Assembly: GCA_944323665.1 (NCBI GenBank)
Contig: CALUTN010000183.1
Location: 2,619 to 66,618, forward strand
From: Candidatus Gastranaerophilales bacterium
Lineage (GTDB): Bacteria > Cyanobacteriota > Vampirovibrionia > Gastranaerophilales > Gastranaerophilaceae
Length of the DNA: 64,000 nucleotides
Reading direction: 5' to 3'
Shown here one piece after another: positions 59,453-64,000 of this stretch. The notes beneath the pieces are model-generated. The model was given only the letters and a program-made list of their open reading frames with translations. It did not search any database and had not been told where the DNA came from. A program made the translations under genes and the position numbers. Position 1 is the first letter of the stretch. Each line of letters begins with the position of its first letter.

Positions 59453-60147
59453 TGGCTGCAGAAACTATTGCTATTGTTGGTGAATCGGGTACTGGAAAAA
59501 GTACAAGTTTAAGAAACCTTGACCCAAAAGAAACTTTTATTATAAGTACTACTGGTAAACCTTTACCTTTTAGAGGATATAAAAAGAAATATGTTCCTCT
59601 TAAAATAGAAGGTAAAAATGTAACTGGTAATTATTATGTTAGTTCTAAATGGGATCAAATTCTGAAAATTCTTCAAATTATTGACAAAATGATGCCTCAT
59701 ATTAAACAGGTTATTGTTGATGATTTTCAATATGTTCTTTCATATGAATTTGTTGATAGAGCTACGGAAGTTGGATATACAAAATTTAGCGAGTTAGCTC
59801 AACATGCAATGGAAATTTTACGATACTCAGAAAAAATGAGAGAGGACTGTAAAATGATCTTCTTAACACATTCTGAGAATGTAGGAGATATTATGAATCC
59901 AAAGTATGTTATTAAAACTGTAGGAAAATTACTTTCTGAAAAAGTAACCTTGGAAGGATTGTTTACTTATATTTTCTTTACTAAAGTAAGTGAGGGAGAT
60001 GATGGTAGAATGCAATATAAACTCATTACTAATAATGACGGAACTTGTATTGCTAAAACTTCTTTAGGAATGTTTGAAGAATTGGAGATTGATAATGATT
60101 TAGCAGAGATTATTAAAATTATTGACGCTTATAACGAAGGAGAATAA
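59452..60147 (+). CDS. P-loop ATPase, Sak4-like phage nucleotide-binding protein
   Basis: Walker A IAIVGESGTGKST at the N-terminus. A small RecA-like core. Sits between the helicase and the primase. Confidence 0.45.
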   Translation: MAAETIAIVGESGTGKSTSLRNLDPKETFIISTTGKPLPFRGYKKKYVPLKIEGKNVTGNYYVSSKWDQILKILQIIDKMMPHIKQVIVDDFQYVLSYEFVDRATEVGYTKFSELAQHAMEILRYSEKMREDCKMIFLTHSENVGDIMNPKYVIKTVGKLLSEKVTLEGLFTYIFFTKVSEGDDGRMQYKLITNNDGTCIAKTSLGMFEELEIDNDLAEIIKIIDAYNEGE

Positions 60148-60710
60148 TGAAACTTGATATACTTTTTCACTACGATATTAACGAGCAAACTGGAGAAATT
60201 AAATATATTGGTAAAGAAGAAATAAAAGTTGATACTGCTAGCACAAAAAGATCTGTTAATAAATCAAATACTAAAGTGGAGTCAGAACCTATTATTACGT
60301 TAGAGTCTAATAAATTGGTTTTAACTCAAGGAGCAGTAGATTTATTACAAATTTGTGAAGATTGTAGAGTAGATATCAAATATAAGAAAAAGAATAAGAA
60401 GGCTGTACCAATAATAGGTACAGATTCTGCCTTTGGTACTAAAGGTGGAAATAAATTAACTAAAAGTAATACTGTAAGTTATAGAGGTGCAGCTAATGAA
60501 AAACTTTCTGCTTATGGTACTACATTCAAATTAGAGCCTACAGAAGATGTTGGAATATATTATCTTGTAGGAGATAAGGTACAGGAGGAAACAACTGACA
60601 TACCTGAAGAGATTATAAATATCGAGGATGAACTTGATATAAAACCATTAGATAATTTAAATATTGATACAGATGAAACAGATTTAAGTAATTTTGATTT
60701 TAAACTTTAA
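60147..60710 (+). CDS. Hypothetical acidic protein (187 aa)
   Basis: Track ORF. Confidence 0.4.
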   Translation: MKLDILFHYDINEQTGEIKYIGKEEIKVDTASTKRSVNKSNTKVESEPIITLESNKLVLTQGAVDLLQICEDCRVDIKYKKKNKKAVPIIGTDSAFGTKGGNKLTKSNTVSYRGAANEKLSAYGTTFKLEPTEDVGIYYLVGDKVQEETTDIPEEIINIEDELDIKPLDNLNIDTDETDLSNFDFKL

Positions 60711-60715
60711 TAACT

Positions 60716-61420
60716 ATGGCATTTAATTTTGGAATTTCAGCAGAATCAGCAGTTAAAAACACTCGTCGTCCTTTAGCTCCTTGGAATATTTATGATGTAA
60801 AATTTATGGGTTGTGAGATAAAAGAATTTGATGGTAAAAAGGATCCAAATGCTCATTACAAAGTTCTTAATATTAATTTTGAAAATGAGGAAGGGTATTT
60901 TACTTTAACTAAATTCTTTCCAAAAGATGGAGATGATGAAAGAAAGGAGTATCCTGGACAAAATGGTGGTAAAGTAGTTATGCCTTCTAACTTTGAAGTT
61001 CTTATGGCCACTGTAGCTCAAACTGGACAAGTTTTAAATCCTACTGGATTTGAAAAGATGCAAGCTATGAGTTCTAAGTTTAAAAGTTTTGAAGATGTAG
61101 CTAATGCTCTTATTAAGATTACTGATAAGGCTAAAGGTACAGAAACTAAAATTAAACTAATTGGACGTAATAGAGAAGGTAAGGTAGTTGCTGATGTTCC
61201 TCGTATTGTTGGTATTAATAAAGAAGGAGAATCTTTTATTGCTGATAATTATATTGGTACAAAGCTATTCTTCTCAAACTATGAAGAAACTCAAAGAGAA
61301 AAATATCTTAAAGCTAAACCAACAGATATGAAATCAGAGGATTCTTTAGTTGCTGAAGATCCAATAGGTATTGATAAACCCGCAGCAGATGATGATTTTA
61401 ATCTAGAAAGTCTGCTTTAA
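60716..61420 (+). CDS. Hypothetical protein (234 aa), possibly an ssDNA-binding or annealing protein by position
   Basis: Track ORF. The functional guess rests on position only. Confidence 0.35.
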   Translation: MAFNFGISAESAVKNTRRPLAPWNIYDVKFMGCEIKEFDGKKDPNAHYKVLNINFENEEGYFTLTKFFPKDGDDERKEYPGQNGGKVVMPSNFEVLMATVAQTGQVLNPTGFEKMQAMSSKFKSFEDVANALIKITDKAKGTETKIKLIGRNREGKVVADVPRIVGINKEGESFIADNYIGTKLFFSNYEETQREKYLKAKPTDMKSEDSLVAEDPIGIDKPAADDDFNLESLL

Positions 61421-61453
61421 TGATAATCTAGAGTAACATTTTAAAATTCCTTA

Positions 61454-62470
61454 GTGACTATGTTTAATTATACTTTTGAGCCGAAAATTACTAAGGAATT
61501 TCTTCTATCCAAAAACAATGAGGAGACTTATATGACCTATTATTTAGGAGTTCCTGTTAAAAAGGGACTATTTAAGTCTCCTCTGCGTAGTGATAATCAT
61601 GTTACTTGTAGTTTTTTTAGGGGTAAATCTGGTAATTTATATTTTAAAGATTTTGCTTCTGGAAAGTGCTTAACTTTTGAAGGAGTAGTTATGGAAAAAT
61701 ATGGATGCAATTATTCAACTGCTCTAAAAATCATAGCTAAAGATTTTGGATACATTCAAAATTCTCCTCAAAAAAAAGTTATTAAAATACAACCAAAATT
61801 TGAAGAAGAAAAACAAACTTTTATTCAAATAGAAGTTAAGGACTTTTCAATAGCAGAATTAAAATGGTGGAATAGTTTTGGAATAACTAAAGACATACTA
61901 AACAGATTTAAAGTTTATAGTTGTAAAACTGTATTCCTAAATGGTAATGTATATGCTCAATCTGCTCAACATAGTCCTATATATGGGTATTACTTTGGTA
62001 AAAAAGAAAATATAGAGCAATGGCGTATTTATATTCCAAAAAGAAGAGAATTTAGATTTATTGGAAACGTTTCTACCAAAACTATCCAGGGTTATAAACA
62101 ACTTCCAAAAAATGGTAAATTAGTAGTTATTACTAAATCTATGAAAGATGTAATGTGTTTATATTCTTTAGGAATTTCAGCTATTGCTCCAAATTCAGAA
62201 ACACAATTCGTAACTGATAAAATATTAGAAGAATTAAAACAGAGATTTAAATATATTGCATTATTATATGATAATGATTTAACTGGGATTAAATTTACTA
62301 ATAAAATTAGAAAATTACATCCAGAACTAATAGTTTCTATTATCCCTAGGAATACTGGAGCTAAAGATATTAGTGATTATTATCATTTATATGGAAAAGA
62401 TAAAACTAAAGAATTAATTAAAAATTCAATTAACTATTTTAAAAAACATGAAAAAATAGATGAACACTAG
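61454..62470 (+). CDS. DNA primase-like protein (zinc-binding N-terminus plus TOPRIM-like domain)
   Basis: N-terminal H..C...GK.....C zinc-ribbon-like segment. VVITKSMKDVM and LLYDNDLTG resemble the TOPRIM E and DxD motifs. Confidence 0.45.
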   Translation: MTMFNYTFEPKITKEFLLSKNNEETYMTYYLGVPVKKGLFKSPLRSDNHVTCSFFRGKSGNLYFKDFASGKCLTFEGVVMEKYGCNYSTALKIIAKDFGYIQNSPQKKVIKIQPKFEEEKQTFIQIEVKDFSIAELKWWNSFGITKDILNRFKVYSCKTVFLNGNVYAQSAQHSPIYGYYFGKKENIEQWRIYIPKRREFRFIGNVSTKTIQGYKQLPKNGKLVVITKSMKDVMCLYSLGISAIAPNSETQFVTDKILEELKQRFKYIALLYDNDLTGIKFTNKIRKLHPELIVSIIPRNTGAKDISDYYHLYGKDKTKELIKNSINYFKKHEKIDEH

Positions 62471-63017
62471 TGTAATTGCAACATTTTTTGATGGAACTAC
62501 ACAAACATTTGAATGTATAGAGGATGCATCTAGAGAACTTGGTATGAGTGTAAATTCTATTAAGGCTAGAGCTAATAAACCAGGATCTGGTGCTAAATCT
62601 AAAATTAAAATTACCTTTGAATGGGCCGATCCAGCAGTTAAACGTAGTAAACAGGCTAAAAAAAGTAAACAAAAAGGTAATGCATATGAGTTAGAAATAA
62701 TTCATAAGTTAAGATCAATTGGATTTGAAGGATGTGTATCTAGTAGAAGTCAGAATAAAATGGCTGATGCTAATAAAATAGATATTGTAGATATGGAAAA
62801 TAAACTTCCTGTAAATATTCAAGCAAAATATACTCAAAATATGCCAAACTATTTTGATATTAGAGATGCTTGTAATGATAAAGAAAAACCTTTTTGTGTC
62901 TGTTGGAAGAAAGCTGGAAAAAATGGAGAACAAGCTAGAGGTCAAGTTGCTGTAATACCAATTGACTTTTTTTATGAATTATTAAGAACATATAAACGTG
63001 TATATATTAGTAATTAA
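62460..63017 (+). CDS. Hypothetical protein (185 aa)
   Basis: Track ORF. Confidence 0.4.
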   Translation: MNTSVIATFFDGTTQTFECIEDASRELGMSVNSIKARANKPGSGAKSKIKITFEWADPAVKRSKQAKKSKQKGNAYELEIIHKLRSIGFEGCVSSRSQNKMADANKIDIVDMENKLPVNIQAKYTQNMPNYFDIRDACNDKEKPFCVCWKKAGKNGEQARGQVAVIPIDFFYELLRTYKRVYISN

Positions 63018-63249
63018 GGATACTGTTCCTAAAATTCCAAATTGTATAGTTAATAATTTTGAAGAAGAATATTGTAACTATCTACATAATACCCATAATA
63101 ATAAATGGAGAACTCCAGAAGCTTTTTCATTAGACTTTGATTCAACATTAGAGGACTTAAAGAAAAGCAAATTTGTTTATGTTGATGATTATAATATAAG
63201 ACTTTCTTTAAAAAAACATTTAAATGTTATTGAAGAAGTAGAATTATGA
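62998..63249 (+). CDS. Hypothetical protein (83 aa)
   Basis: Track ORF. Confidence 0.35.
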   Translation: MYILVIKDTVPKIPNCIVNNFEEEYCNYLHNTHNNKWRTPEAFSLDFDSTLEDLKKSKFVYVDDYNIRLSLKKHLNVIEEVEL

Positions 63250-63467
63250 ATACATATCTTTATGCTTATTACAATAGAGAAAATTGTAGCATCAAAAAAA
63301 TGATGGCAAGAAATTTTGAAGAATGTCAAAATAAAATAATGGAGAAATTTATTGATTTCTATAGTGATCTTGATGACACTATGGATTTTGATGATTTTGT
63401 CTGGGATTTGTATGATAAACATGAAATTTTCATTGGAGATATATTTGAAATAAATGAATTCTTATAA
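63246..63467 (+). CDS. Hypothetical acidic protein (73 aa)
   Basis: Track ORF. Confidence 0.35.
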   Translation: MNTYLYAYYNRENCSIKKMMARNFEECQNKIMEKFIDFYSDLDDTMDFDDFVWDLYDKHEIFIGDIFEINEFL

Positions 63468-63972
63468 AAGTTTAAAAATAGCCTTAGATTTGGATGATAC
63501 TATATTTGATTTTTTCGGAGAATATAAAAAAAGATTTCCTGGTAAAAATAATCTAGTTGAATATAAAATCACTAAAAATGTAGTATCACTAAAAAATGAT
63601 AAATTATTTTGGGAAAATTTACCATTGTTGGAAAAACCAAATTTTGAACCATGTATATATGCTACTAAAAGAATAAATAGCAAAACATATACAAGAAACT
63701 GTTTAAATAAATATAATCTACCTCTAAAACCTATTTATCAAATGTATTATCAACATGGCAATAAAGCTAATATGATAAAAGGTAGATGTGACGTTCTTAT
63801 TGATGATAGTATTACTAATGTTATTAATGCTATCAATTCAGGACTTCCAGCTCTTATTATAGATAGACCTCATAATCAGACTGAAAGTCCTTTATTTAGA
63901 ATATATAGTTTAGATATAGATGAAATAAAATTTGCTTATGAGCTAGAATTAAAAACCTTAGGATGGAATTAA
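63454..63972 (+). CDS. HAD-family 5'(3')-deoxyribonucleotidase-like protein
   Basis: N-terminal ALDLDDTIFDF (DxDxT motif I). Confidence 0.45.
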   Translation: MNSYKSLKIALDLDDTIFDFFGEYKKRFPGKNNLVEYKITKNVVSLKNDKLFWENLPLLEKPNFEPCIYATKRINSKTYTRNCLNKYNLPLKPIYQMYYQHGNKANMIKGRCDVLIDDSITNVINAINSGLPALIIDRPHNQTESPLFRIYSLDIDEIKFAYELELKTLGWN

Positions 63973-64000
63973 AAGATATAAAGCTAACACCATTGTTAGA

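Overview
This is a 64-kb, AT-rich (roughly 30% GC) segment of a tailed dsDNA phage or prophage genome, of the kind found in gut Bacteroidales/Firmicutes phages. Its most striking property is that the amber codon TAG is read as a sense codon in a subset of genes.

**Recoded late-gene block (about 1-12.9 kb, minus strand).** Under the standard code this region gives only short ORF fragments. These join in frame across TAG codons into long genes that end in TAA or TGA. Genes I could reconstruct:
- large terminase, 9562..11919, more than 10 in-frame TAGs;
- terminase small-subunit-like gene;
- portal-like gene;
- a roughly 858-aa BspA/LRR-like tail-fibre gene, 1709..4285;
- several structural genes whose boundaries are only partly resolved.

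Further TAG-containing genes sit at 15.26-17.69 kb (+), 19.14-19.49 kb (-) and 26.11-26.54 kb (+).

**Suppressor tRNA.** A tRNA with anticodon CUA and a tRNA-Gln-like body lies at 18920..18993 (-). It is the predicted decoder of TAG.

**Standard-code genes.** The replication, recombination and metabolism genes contain no TAG. They fall into two stretches:
- 13.1-15.1 kb;
- 27-64 kb, all on the plus strand.

They include:
- a DnaB-like helicase, an SF2 helicase and a primase;
- RNase H;
- a Sak4-like ATPase;
- a YqaJ-like exonuclease;
- a GroES-like protein;
- a GH73 glucosaminidase lysin;
- an NfeD plus flotillin pair;
- an NAD+ salvage cluster (NAMPT/NadV, HAD phosphatase, PRPP synthetase);
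- HAD-family nucleotidases.

**tRNA island.** There are at least 13 tRNA or tRNA-like genes, mostly decoding A-ending codons:
- tRNA-Leu(UAA) is interrupted at the canonical U34|A35 site by a roughly 816-nt group I intron that carries an HNH homing endonuclease;
- a tRNA-His-like gene is split by a roughly 560-bp insert that carries tRNA-Ile(UAU) and a TAG-recoded endonuclease VII ORF;
- two tRNA-like genes have acceptor strands that cannot pair.

**Non-coding region.** A roughly 800-nt ORF-free, GC-enriched stretch at 20.48-21.29 kb is a candidate large structured ncRNA.

**Limits.** All coordinates and calls were derived by hand from the sequence. Boundaries inside the recoded block are approximate. 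The amino acid inserted at TAG (probably Gln) is an inference.
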